A stretch of 64,000 nt of DNA from Podarcis liolepis (Eukaryota), in the NCBI GenBank assembly GCA_965112155.1, contig OZ218107.1, one strand, 5' to 3'. Positions 51,745 to 64,000 of this stretch are shown here, in pieces. Below the pieces are notes generated by a model. The model had not been told where the DNA came from and did not search any database. It saw only the letters and a list, made by a program, of their open reading frames with translations. The translations under genes and the position numbers were made by a program. Within the stretch, counting starts at the first letter, position 1; each line of letters opens with the position of its first letter.

Positions 51745-52961
51745 AAAATATATTTACTGCAACTTCCTTAAATGTGTATAGATTCAAAGGAATTAACGTA
51801 TCTCAAAAGGGACCTCAATATTTTCACTTTATGGTTGCAACCAAAATCTATGAAAAATGTTTTAGAAACAGTTTTAAATTTTGTTTTATATCTATTGCAT
51901 ATTGGCTAGGGGATATTTTAATAAGGTGATTAATAAATGGAATGCATAAATGAGCAAGTGAATAAATAAATAGATAGATAGGGATCTTCCCCCCACCTGC
52001 TGACTAGCTATGGAGGAGAGAGGCTCTTCTGTGCTTTCATTTTTTCTCTCCCACGGATTAGCTATGACTTGCCTGCCATACTTCCTGAATTCCAGTATAA
52101 TCATGAAAATGTTTAAAATCATTTACAGGATTGTAAAATGTGATGCTTGCTGCAGCTTTCAGTTATTTCGGTTCATTTGCCTCTTTTCTCCCTCCCCTGT
52201 TGCCCATGCCTGCATTCAGAAAATACTGCAAAAATGGAATCTTGATGCAGTTGTGCACAAGACTGCATGAGTAAGACTATCTTGGTGTGGCATTTCATCA
52301 ACAAACAGAAATGAACATGGTGCATTTTGGAGGAACGCTGCACAAGAAGCCCCTAGGCAGATAGCACACTCTAACAATGACATTAAGTTTGCTTTCTTAC
52401 AGTGTTTTACTACTGTGAATGTATCAGCAACAAAGATGAGCAAGAGGACACAAATGAACTGGAGGAGGAAGGGCTGGCTCCAGATTCTTTTTTGTGGGGA
52501 TGGAAGGGAAAGGCGTCATGGGCAGTTTGCCACCAGTGGGCCACTGTAAGTGCCAACCATTCTCCACTACAGTTCCTTGGTCCTTCTTCTATTGCATCTG
52601 CCAGCCTTGCCCATCCCTCAAAGCAGTGATGGTGTTGTAATGGGCCGTGAATTGAGCAGCTTCACTCGGCTCCTGGCCAGAGCTAGGAAATTCTGTAAGT
52701 GAGCATGCAGGAGAGTAGCAGGGCAGCAGTTTCAGGCATCATCAAAGGACTCCAATGGAAGTGGGCCCTAGCAAAGGACCCAGTATGCTGGGTACCGACA
52801 CTATGCCTGGGAGGAACTGAAACCCCCACATGCACTGCACTACAAAAAGTTGGAAAACAAAAATGGAACAATGGAAAATCCCAAGTATGTAAGTCCTCCT
52901 TTGACATAAGGCCACATAATTTGGAACTCCGGTATCCAAAGAGAAATTCAGATGGCAGATG

Positions 52962-53141
52962 TAGGAGGCTGCCTTCTACTACAGCAGGCTTTGTGTCAGC
53001 TCAATATTGTCTGCACTGACTGCCAGTGGCTTTCCAGGGGGTCAGGCAGGGTTATCTCCAAGCTGTCCATGAAGATGCCAAAGATGGAACATGGGACGTT
53101 CTGCATGCAAAGCAGATGCTTTACTAGTGAACAGCCATTCC
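52962..53141 (-). mobile_element. Squam3-like tRNA SINE
   Basis: ttctgcatgcaaagcagatgct reverse head plus matching body. Confidence 0.75.
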
Positions 53142-53547
53142 TCGAGGACATTTTGGAAGTGCCCATGACTCCAGTGGGTTGTGTACTACAGCCATAATCC
53201 TGTGAAACAACTACGTAAAAATCCAACAACTATATATTTCATCATGTTGGAATAGCTGCATAAGTGAGTAGTAATGGCAGTTTATTTGGAAAATTAGACA
53301 AACACAAGGAAGCAGTTCAGCATCCTGAGAAGAATTTGGCCTGCAGAATCCTGTCTTTTAAAATAATTCTTTTCACATAAACCTTGTATAATAAAATTGT
53401 CAGATCCCCTTGCTCTGAGTTATCTCATCCATAAGAATGGGTACTGAGCCAGCACATTGTCCAATATGAAAGGAACCTCCTAACCACAACTCATTTTCCG
53501 TTAAACTTAATGATCAGACTCCAACTCGTATATCACATTGCCACACA

Positions 53548-54172
53548 CATAGAAGCATAGAACCAGAGAACTGTAGAGTTGGAAAATATCTCCAAGGGTA
53601 ATCTAGTCCACCCCCTGCAATGCAGGAATCTCAACTAAAGCATCCGTGACAGATGGTCATCCAACCTCTGCTTAAAAACCTCTAAGGAAGGAGAGCCCAC
53701 TACCTTCCCAGGGAATCTGTTCCACTGTCAAACAACCCTTACTGTCAGAAAGTTCTGCTTGATGTTTAGTCAGAATTTCATTTCCTGTAACTTGAATCCA
53801 TTGGTTCAGGTCCTACTCTCCAGAGAAGAAAACAAGCTTGTTCCATCTTCCATGTGACAGCCCTTTAGATATTTGAAGATGACTGTCATATCTCCTCTCA
53901 TTCTCCTCTTTTCCAGGCTAAACATACCCAGTTCTCTCAACTGTTCCTCATAAGGCTTGCTTTCCAGACCCTTTATCATCATGGTTGCCTTCCTCTGCAC
54001 ATGTTCCAGCCTGTCAGTATCATCCTTAAATTGTAGTACTCTAGGTGTGGTCTGACCAAGGCAGAATAGAGTGGTATTGTTACTTCCCTTGATTGGGACA
54101 CTATGCTATCTTAAATCCCAATTCTATCTTCTGCAGCATTAGCTATCCCTCCTAGTCTGGTGTCATCTGCAA
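53548..54172 (-). mobile_element. CR1 LINE 3' fragment
   Basis: [37 protein letters not shown]; catagaa-type tail on the plus strand. Confidence 0.93.
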
Positions 54173-55951
54173 TTTTATATCATGGGTATCACAAATATTG
54201 GACATTATTCTTATGGATTAGTTAACAACATTGCAAAGAGAACCCTGAACCAAAATAAGAAATGATGTTTTATATGACATGTTCCAATTTTATTGAGTAT
54301 ATGCAATCTATTGAACATGGCTTCTGTCTATCAGCTTCTCATGGGGCACTGTGGAGAATTCTTAGAACTGCTAGCATATTGGCAATGCTAAGTAGGGTCC
54401 ACTATGATTTAAATTTGCACATATTTTTGTATACCACTTAGCAAGTTTTTCAAATATTAAGCAGTTCAGAAATGGTTTAAAATATAAATAAGTAATATTT
54501 TCTTGAACCAGAACAACCTGCCTTTGACTGGAGCAGAAATGGGCTACCTAAGCATCAGGTTTTTTTTTGCTTTTATCACAGTGTACACAGAACTAAAAAT
54601 GCCCATAACATCAAATTTTGTTCTTTTTTATCATTTTCAAAAAACAGTTCAGTGTTCAGATCTGTTACATGGCCCATTACTTTTTAGTCCCTCTCTGCAA
54701 ATTCATATCAGTCCAACATCTAGTCAAAGTAAGGTAATGCAATATGAGTATTCCCTCCTTCCCCCATCATATGATGTGTGCACTGCAAAAAAAGAAAATA
54801 AAAAATATATCCTCCACTATACAAAGAAATAAAATAATATATCCTTGCAGAAGCCCTCACACTGAAACACGACTTATTATATGCCTGCAAAGCAAGGACT
54901 GTTTTAGCCAGGCAGCTTGTACTGTAGATCCTATTGTGTTCTAGAGATTTGTTTGATTCTCAGAACTGATAGCAGAGTAAGAAATAAAGCTATGTTTCCC
55001 AGCAAAGATGTTTCCTGAGGAAATGAAAGACCTGATGGGATAGAATCAGATTGATCTTGTAACATCCAGCAGGCTCTCAGGAAGGCTGAATTAATGCCTA
55101 GCAGTTGCAGGGTTGTTTGTACAGAAGCAACTTGCTACTATCAACAAGTATCACCAGACAACAAAAGGAAAACTGCACAAATTGCATAAAAGGGATAATT
55201 GGTTCGCGCACGTGTGAGCTTGCTTCAGTCCCCGTGCTGGGGAAGCAGCGGCCATGGACAGGAATGAAAGTGTTAGGTTACTAGGGAAGGGATGCTTGAT
55301 TTCATATTTTTGACAACAGATGCTGCCACTAACATGTATTACAGGTCCCACCCCTGTCTACTTTCCATCTTCTAATGTTGTTATGCATTGGCTGAGCACA
55401 GCAATGCCATGATGGGCATTTTCTTCAGAATTTCCACTGGACTTGAAAAAGGCTTGCTGGGAAGAAATGTGGTCTTAAGTTTCTGTTCTGTGGAGTATGG
55501 TAGGAGCTCTTCCAGGCTTTTCCTGGGCCTCCATAGTTCCTATTAAAAATGTATTTTTTACTCAGAAAGCCCTGGCAACATGAGTCCACGGTGCCCGGCT
55601 CTTCCTTCCTTCTCCTCCCTCCTCTGAAGCACTTCTCTCCCTTGTATGCTCCCTTCTCTGAGCATCCATTAGCCCCAGAACCAGTGCTGTGGCTTACTCA
55701 GTCAGCCATCATGTGCCAATGTCACCACCAGGAGATGGCAGCTAAAAATGAATAGAATGGCTTCCACTGCCATTCTATTTATATTGTTATACTTTTTTGG
55801 GGGGGGGAGTAACCCCTCCTAAACTCAAGAAATTAATGAATGCCAGAATTTAGCTAATATTAGGGATATGAATAGAAAAAAACATGTTGCAGAAGTGCAC
55901 CAGCCAGGCAAGCAATCCCTGGGGCTGGCTTCTGCAAACTTGCCTGACCAG

Positions 55952-56297
55952 GGTAAAGGTAAAGGGACCCCTGACCATTAGGTCCAGTCGTGGCTGCCTC
56001 TGGGGTTGTGGTGCTCATCTCGCTTTATTGGCTGAGGGAGCCGGCGTACAGCTTCCGGGTCATGTGGCCAGCATGACTAAGCCGCTTCTGGCAAACCAGA
56101 GCAGTGCACGGAAACACTATTTATCTTCCCACCGGAGTGGTACCTATTTATCTACTTGCACTTTGACGTGCTTTCGAACTGCTAGGTTGGCAGGAGCAGG
56201 GACTGAGCAATGGGAGCTCACCCCGTCGCAGGGATTCGAACCGCCAACCTTCTAATCGGCAAGTCCTAGGCTCTGTGGTTTAACCTACAGGCGTCCC
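55952..56297 (-). mobile_element. Sauria SINE
   Basis: Typical body, flanked by the CCTGACCAGGG direct repeat. Confidence 0.93.
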
Positions 56298-56428
56298 TCT
56301 CCTGACCAGGGTAGTTAAGAGGAAAGCCATTAAGAGACAAAGGTGCTGATTGCTGGTCATTATCACATCATAGGAAGGGTCTCAGGTCTGTGAAAAACAG
56401 GGGTTGCCAAGGTGACAGGGAGGGGTAT

Positions 56429-56758
56429 TGTTATGTACTGAATTGAATAGGAACCAAACTGCAGCAGTCTGATTGGTCCTAGAACAATAGGATTCAGAAT
56501 GCAGCAGTCTGATTGGTCCTAGAACAATGCAGCAGTATGATTGGTTGGCAGGAACCACCCAATCATGCTCCAGAGATAAGTGAATCCACAACCTGATTGG
56601 CTTACAGTAGAATTCCGGGATTAGCCAATCATGTGCAGCCCATTGTGTAAATAATGTATATAAAGCAGATACTGTGAGGGGACTTTCATTCATTCCTCCT
56701 CACCACTATGTGCTGAATAAAGAGCATGAAATCACTTTGCGACTCTGAGTATATTTCA
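56429..56758 (+). mobile_element. Solo LTR (330 bp)
   Basis: TG...CA termini, 5-bp TSD GGTAT (56424-56428, 56759-56763), repeated ctgattgg CCAAT boxes, TATATAAA ~56657, AATAAA ~56716. Confidence 0.9.
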
Positions 56759-57058
56759 GGTATGAAGTGACAGGGGGAAGTGTAATTTTACAGAAGGCCT
56801 GGATTTTTGGTGAGAGGTGTGCTGGGAAGAAGGAGGAGGACAAAGTCTAGTCCTCTAGGAGCTCCTGGTGAAGCCAGAACTCCATGTGGGGACTGGAGGT
56901 CAGAACCATATTGGAGGAGAGACTGTACCACGACACCTGGAGCCATGACTGACTGACGAGAGGGGCAATGAGAGACACTATTGGGGTATAATGTTCTGTA
57001 CCCCCTCCATTGCAGACTTCCAGGTGTAAATATGTGTTAATAAACCATATTTCTTAAA

Positions 57059-57180
57059 ATAAAAAAGTTCCTTCCAGTAGCACCTTAAAGACCAACTAAC
57101 TTAGTTGGTCTTTAAGGTGCTACTGGAAGGAACTTTTTTTATTTTGACTATGGCAGACCAACACGGCTACCTATCTGTAA
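57059..57180 (+). mobile_element. Miniature inverted Penelope-like insertion
   Basis: Hairpin 57061-57139 built from the same tail as 10425-10468; 13-bp direct repeat CATATTTCTTAAA (57046-57058, 57181-57193). Confidence 0.85.
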
Positions 57181-57577
57181 CATATTTCTTAAAGGCACTA
57201 TCCTCCCAGGCACCCCAATCTTCCCAACAGAGACACAGTCCTGGGGGAGTGCCTGGAACCCCCTGGAATCTTGCACTGCTCATGAAGATTGGGGTGGTGC
57301 GATACAATATTTATAGACTGCATTAATCAATAACAAAACCTATAAGCAGTTAACATAAACCATTGTAAAATATGCATAAGAAAATAGCAATAAAATAAAT
57401 ATTTGAAAACAAGAAGATAAAACAGAAAAAGATAAAACCAGCTGTCGTAAAACAAATACTAAAATCACATATTTGGGTGTACCTTAACAAGAATTTGCCT
57501 GCCTAATATTCTACAGAAACAACGGACTGTACGTTTTTGAAGAACCGTAGTGAGAAAGCATGCTCATAGTTACTTAC

Positions 57578-57640
57578 TTGCAAAATTCTATCTCCTTCCC
57601 GGATCCGTCCATCTCGGGCAGCGATACTGTTTGGATCAAC
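57578..57640 (-). CDS. PDZRN4: PDZRN4 internal exon, PDZ domain ([21 protein letters not shown])
   Basis: catgtAG|GTT acceptor and CAA|GTaagt donor; 63 nt; typical PDZ motif S.AA.DGRI..GD.ILQ. Too short for the ORF track. Confidence 0.94.
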
Positions 57641-59917
57641 CTACATGAGGTGGAAATGCCATAGTTAGTTCTAAAATAAGTTTGCATTTAACATATGTTT
57701 AAGGCGCGGTGGGGATAGACAAGTAAACCAAATCACTATTAGCGGAACCCTAGATGTGGGGAAATGAGAGGAGTTGGAGCTTGATAATGCTCAGGAGACT
57801 GGGTGTGTTCATACCCTTTATAAAATGTTTTGCATGGCCACTTTACCTATCAAGCTAGACTTCTGAGTCCTTATATCACAAAGAAAAATAAGAAGAAAAG
57901 CCATTACAATATATGATTTACCTTTCTTCAACACCGATACAATATACTAAATGGTTGGTTTAGGTAGTTAAATTTTGCTTTAACCTAAATATATCTTGAA
58001 GGCTCCATTAAAGGTTTATCAGAGTCGCAAAACTGTTCCTTGACTAATGGCCACCTTTTCCTTGATGGCAATCTGAAGCCATTTATTTTTCCTTGCCATG
58101 CTAAGAGTCATTTTTTGCAGCAAAGCCTCTCTAAGCACTCGGCTTGCAAGTTACATCTTATAAAGATGACAATACCTCCCCCTCCCAAACAGGTGTTATT
58201 TTCATATTGTGTGTTGTTGGAGAGAAAATGTTGTGGAAATATTTCATCTGGTATGAAAAGAGAGCAATTGCAGCCACTCAAATGAAGGGAAAGGCAGAAT
58301 GGTTCAAAACAGAGCTAAGGAGAGCACTTTTTAAAATTCAAAGACAGATAAAACCAGCAGAACTCTTTTTAATCTTTGCAAACTAGTAAGAAACCTATAC
58401 TGTAGGCTTCTCAGTTACCTAACTGACCTCAGCTGCTGAAGTATGATGGGATCTTTATGGGCTTCAAAAACAACCAGAAGTTTTTAATACTATCAGTACT
58501 AAAGGCCTAGGGACGGATAGGTCTGTACACCAATTTTAGGAAACAAGCTAAAAATGGGAGTAAATAAAGGTGTAAAAGCACCGTCCAGCAGTTAGGCTGC
58601 ATTTGTAAATATTGTAAATATTTTATATTTTTATTTGTTATAGTTATACATCACTCTTCCTCCGGGGATCTCCAAGCAGCCTGCATACATTCTACAGGTA
58701 GCAATCTTGACCCTTGTCAGGACCAAACCCTCATGGTTTCAACATATGAACTGAATGTGCCTTCGGACCAAATATTTTTGTCAGATATAGATTACAGATC
58801 TAACTTCAAAACAGTACTTTCTACTCCTTGGGAAAGGGGAAGGGGCAGTGCCTGGGAGGGGGGAGATCTGGTCCTTGGGGGGAAAAGTCCTAGATTTCAT
58901 TGAAGCACATTTCTTGGAGCTCTCTGATGTTCTGCAGCTCTGAACTACTTGGCGAGGTGTCCAATCATGGTCCATAGGCTTCTGGGTGGCAGGAGAAATA
59001 CAACTTCTGACTAAAATGAATGTTCCCCCCCAAAAAAAATAAAGAATAAAAAATTCGCCAATTCTTCTAAAGAACTCTAATGAGATAAGAGACAGAGAGT
59101 CCTTGTTAACTAAGGTATGCACTTGAGTAAGTACTTCAGGAAGGATGCTGAAAGGCAGGAAATAAACAGGAAATGCTCCAAGACAGCATGAATGTAGAAG
59201 TTAGAGACACAGAGGAAGCATAAAAAGAATGCATATGGCAAGGCAATTTTATTGCAGTGCAATAAAAAAAAATATTGATTGGAATGGCACCAGTGGACAG
59301 AGTCAACAATTTTGTATAGGGGTAGTTCATGCAAATGGTATGGATCATAAAAACAAGCAAAAGCAAAAGCAAAAGCAAGCAAGCAGAAGTTTGGTGAATC
59401 TCGTAAACTCTGTAAGTATGGCATATGGCAGAATTATTGTTTTAATTTGTGGAATGGAGCCAGTCTCTTCCTAGTAATCACAGCTACTCTGGTTCTGGAG
59501 TGAGATTAAAGGGAATAAATCCCATAAACTTCAAGGAGTAAGAAAAGGATCATCAGGCAAGTCAGAAAGCCGAGGGAATAAACTCTGGAATGAAGGGGCA
59601 AGTGGGAGGCAGGCAGAAAAAGTTGTCAAGGAGCTGCAGGTTCTCTCAAAGAGTCCAGTTAACAGTACTAAGACAATGTTTCACCTAACTTTTAAAGCAA
59701 CATTCTGACTTTTCAGGCAATTCGCTTCATGGTAATGTTGCATTTGACACATTTACGTTAAACAAACTTGCCAGCAATGACAATTATATTACTTGGGCGG
59801 CATAGGTTAGGCAGTTTGCTAACAGTTTACATTGGAAAATTGTCAGAATTCTGCTAGTCAGGCTACAGAAATGCTTATTTCTATTTCCCCTTTACCACCC
59901 CCCTCACAGAACTTTAC

Positions 59918-60016
59918 CTCACTGATATAAATTCCTGTGTCTTCCTCGTCATCCGTGCGGTAGCAGACAGTCAAGCCCAGCTTTTCCTGGCTGCTAACAC
60001 GACAAAGTTCAACTTC
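59918..60016 (-). CDS. PDZRN4: PDZRN4 internal exon, start of second PDZ domain ([33 protein letters not shown])
   Basis: Polypyrimidine tract then gtgcAG|GAA acceptor, GAG|GTaaag donor; 99 nt; KLGL carboxylate-binding loop. Upstream exons lie beyond the window end. Confidence 0.94.
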
Positions 60017-60679
60017 CTGCACAAAAAAATAAAAAATGCAGCACAGCGAGATGGTTATTTTGAGACTAAAGTCTGTTGCGGATACAATACTTTACATTGC
60101 TCTATAAGGGCATACGGAGTCTCCAATCACCTTACCCCAATTACTTGATTCAGGATCGAATACTTCTGGTAGTAGTGAAAGCTATTTTCATTTATTATTG
60201 CCCTGCTCCAATTTTCACAGTAAAAGCATTCTTTCCCCAAATAAACTAAAGTGGGAAGCCATTAAGCAAAATTTGGCATGCCTTCAGGGGTGCCAAAATC
60301 AAGAACGAGAGGCTGACAATATATCACACAGTCATTTTACTTCTGTCAAGCCAACTATTGATTTATGGGTCAGGGGAAAGACAAAGTATTCATCCATCAA
60401 TCAGTCAATCTCATATGATTGTCAGCCTTCCATCAGCCACATAAACCATAAACCAGAATCAGAGTTACCTGCCAAATCACATAAAGAACACAGTCTATTC
60501 TTAGGTCCAATATAAATAATAAATAATAATTGGCAACTTAATTCATTTCATGTGGTAGGTTTGTCCCTGAAGTTACAAGATATTAGAGTTCCTTGGCTAT
60601 TAAATTATTCACAAAAACATTTAACACACTTAATGAACATGAAGTTAGAAGATACCTATAACCGAATGTAAACTAGGAA

Positions 60680-60842
60680 TATAGGCAGTTGCTTTATACT
60701 GAGCCAGACCATTGGTCCACCCTGCACTGACTTGTAACAGTTTTCTAGGGTTTCAGGCAAGGGACATTCCAGAGGGAGATGCCAGAGACTGAACCTTCTG
60801 CATGCAAATCATATGCTGTGCCACTGAATAACCAGCCTTCCC
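60680..60842 (-). mobile_element. Squam3-like tRNA SINE
   Basis: ttatactgagccagaccattggtcca...ccttctgcatgcaaa. Confidence 0.78.
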
Positions 60843-60905
60843 CTGACTGCACCAGTGTTTTGAGCTTAAGGTAGGCAAGTTGACCCCTCATGTCATCCTA
60901 CACCA

Positions 60906-61062
60906 ACTTTGTGCCTCCCTGAGGTTGGCCTACAACGCCCATCACCACCAACCAGCACAACCTGATGGAAGCTGTAGTCTAAATTTTAGACTACAACTTC
61001 CATCAGGTTGTGCTGGTTGGTGGTGATGGGCATTGTAGGCCAAACTCAAGAAGGCACAAAGT
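60906..61062. repeat. 157-bp near-perfect palindrome from MITE sequence
   Basis: 78-bp arms around T60984. Confidence 0.9.
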
Positions 61063-61639
61063 GGATGAAGGTTGCCCTACAGAAAGCCTATGTGTATGAG
61101 ATGCTGTCAGACAATTCATTACAAGACATTCCTTTACACACACACACACACACACAATTTTATTTGATTGCTGCTTTTCCACTGTTTAAACCATGCTCAA
61201 GGCAACCTACGACATGAACGAAATACATAATTACAATATAACAAAAATAGTCATAAACAAGAAATAAAACTTTACAAATACACAATCAAACTGAGCAAGT
61301 TCCACGTATAAGATAACAAGATCTAAAATAAAGATACCAAAAAACCCACAAAAGAAACAACCCTCCCTGAAGCAAAACACACCAGCTCAAGAGACTGTTC
61401 AGCAGCACCGGGTTTTGCAGCTGGAGTCAGTCAGGGCCCTGCCCTCGCAGGCCAGGTGGCCTCCTTAAAGTACTAGCTATATAGCCCACTCTTCCTCCCT
61501 GGAGTTCAGAGGTCAGAATGCTATACATGGAGTTATTCTATTGTATCTTCACATAAACAAAAGAAGGTAGGTTAAGATAAATTGTAGTGGCTTCCCCCCA
61601 CATTACAGCTAGGCAGGGATGCGCCTGATGTTGTTCCTT

Positions 61640-61999
61640 TAAAAAGGGAAAGGATCCCTAACAGTTGGGTCCAGTTGCGAACGACTCTGTGGTTGCAGCG
61701 CTCGTCTCGCTTTACTGGCCGAGGGAGCTGACGTTTGTCCACAGACAGTTTTTCCGGGTCATGTGGCCAGCATGACTAAGCCCCAAAACCAGAGCAGCAC
61801 ACGGAAATGCCGTTTACCTTCCCACTGGAGCGGTACCTATTTATCTACTTGCACTTTGACATGCTTTTGAACTGCTAGGTGGGCAGGAGCTGGGACCAAC
61901 CAATGGGAGCTCACCCCGTCGTGGGGATTCAAACCTGCCGAACTTCCGATCGGCAAGCCCAAGGCTCAGTGGTTTAGACCACAGCACCACCTGCGCCCC
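61640..61999 (-). mobile_element. Sauria SINE
   Basis: Typical body, flanked by the TGTTGTTCCTTTA direct repeat. Confidence 0.92.
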
Positions 62000-64000
62000 G
62001 TTGTTGTTCCTTTACCAGCACACTATTCAAAAACACCACATTGGTCCTTATCTTTTCTAGGGTTGGGTTCAAGAATATGACTTTCTGCATTTATAAACGT
62101 AGTTCCGTGAATATAATGTTCTCAGTATTTTGCCACAGAAATGACCTTTTAGAACAATTAATTAAATGACAATGACTCATACTGTGAAGGATGAGAAACT
62201 AGGTAAAGGTCATCTTTTCCTTCTGAGTTGGAAAAGTGCATTCAGCAGAAGAGGTTATACTCTCAAAGGATAGGAGAAGAGGTTAAATTGCTCATCCTCC
62301 AGGGTGATGGAATAGTGGGCTGGGGACTATAACCTTCCATTACCAGGTTAAAAGTCGTTATTCCCTCCAGCAACTAGGTTAATACTGCAATTTCTTCAGG
62401 TGATAGAAGAGTAGGTTGTAAATGTCACCCACTGTGTTAAAACTTTTCTTTGACTTACTCCCTGGAAGGAAGAAAGAAAAGATTTACTCCTTGAAAGGAA
62501 ATGGTTTAAGTGCAATTGTTTGGGATTCTGCAAAAAGTTTGCTAGAGAGCCACTGTAGGAATCTTTAACCTGTATGTGAATGTATATATGTTAAAAGTCA
62601 TAATTTTCACACAGAGAGCAAATCGCTAGTTATAAAATTATTGCAGAGTTTTCCTTGGTTGGAAAAAACAAACCAACACACACATATCTCTATTTTAAAA
62701 CTGAACTGCTCTCAATTGACTCATTACCTTAATTTTCTGATTGGGACTTGGCTTAGGAACAGGATTCGCCACACTAATTTAGTCCTTTTGCTCTGTGTTT
62801 CAAACAAAGTAAGGATAGACATATGGGGAACTATTTATGTGGCTTGATATAGACTCTGCTTAGATTGAAAATACCCGGAAATATGTAGGTAATAAATAAA
62901 TACCGGAAAACACCCATTAGTGCATTGGAAGGATGTTAACTGAAAACCAATAATGAGCTTTGCTTGTGCTTCTAAGAAATGGAGACAAAAGAACATCTGC
63001 ATTATTTTTGTCTTGCCCTTATCAGAGCTAAATCTTTAGAGTATATTTTGTGGGAAATATCTTTATGGCCTCTGCTTCTCAGATTTGTTCATTTGCTAAC
63101 TTATGAGATGTCAATGGACACGATACACACATTTTTTACACCTATTTTCCCACAGTCACAAAAGCTAGAATCTTGCTTGTAAGAAAAGAACACTAGCATT
63201 GATGCTGAATTCCGCATGCGGTGCAAAAGTTTGTGCTTTCTTTCCTTCACCTTCTTCGCTTGTGCAGATCAAGGAATATACATGCAGCAATGCTGAATCC
63301 TATCTCTTCAGTTCCACCATGGCTGCCCATCTCTCTTCTGTGCATGTGAAATGCATTAAATTCAGCCCCATTGTATTTGCAGTAAACTAAAATATTCATT
63401 TCAGTCAATTAGCAGACACGGGATGTCTCTTGTTTTCATAAATATTCTTCCCTATGGCAAATGGAAGGCCCACACATGTCAATGCCATTATGTATAATAC
63501 ATGGAGTTTGAGACTGCAAGACGCCCAAGAAAGTATTGTCACAACAAACTACCCTATCCTTTCAGCACTACTGTCTCTACTAAAGCACCAAGTCAATTTC
63601 CTTTATGTATTAATAGTTAGGAAACATAAACATAACAGATGGCTACAGCAGAAGATTTGGTGGGGAGGGGGGGGGACCTGTTGGGGAAAGAAACACCTCT
63701 CTCTGCCTTCAAACTAACTAGGTTGCTGGGGCAAGAATTGTAGCACCATTATTACTGTTGCTACTACCACAATTTGCAAGAGTTTGAAGTGGTACAAATG
63801 GATTTCCTACCACAGTTATATGCAGTATTAGCTAATACAAGCAATGGCTATCTAATCAGGTTTCCTGCAAAAGTTACTCATGTCACTCTTCATATAGTAC
63901 TAAATATATGGATTTCATAACAAATTGCAATCTGTATCCACCCCCCCCAACCTGGTGCACTCCAGATGTTCCCAACTACAACAGCCATTATCCCTAACTG

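Overview
Vertebrate genomic DNA, most likely a lacertid lizard (inferred from Sauria and Squam3 SINEs, BovB, CR1, L2 and Penelope-like repeats). The right half holds the last five coding exons of PDZRN4 (LNX4) on the minus strand. All five are phase 0 with canonical splice sites, and the protein ends in the PDZ-binding motif ...FLSVTTV*. The left half is repeat-rich downstream intergenic DNA with two N-gaps. The standout feature is a 1,619-bp non-autonomous hAT-type DNA transposon (27899-29517; perfect 15-bp TIRs, perfect 8-bp TSD ACATACTG). It carries a CpG-rich piece of the homeobox gene SIX5: upstream region, start codon and the first part of the SIX domain. This reads as an open 240-aa chimeric ORF whose stop lies in the transposon end, i.e. 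Pack-type gene capture in a vertebrate. Also notable: a Penelope-like element with a minimal hammerhead ribozyme motif, a ~340-bp-arm fold-back insertion with a 13-bp direct repeat, a pair of block-conserved ~170-bp elements 11,050 bp apart, and an inverted MITE pair bracketing a symmetric PDZRN4 exon. Family and gene names rest on recalled consensus sequences; no database searches were run.
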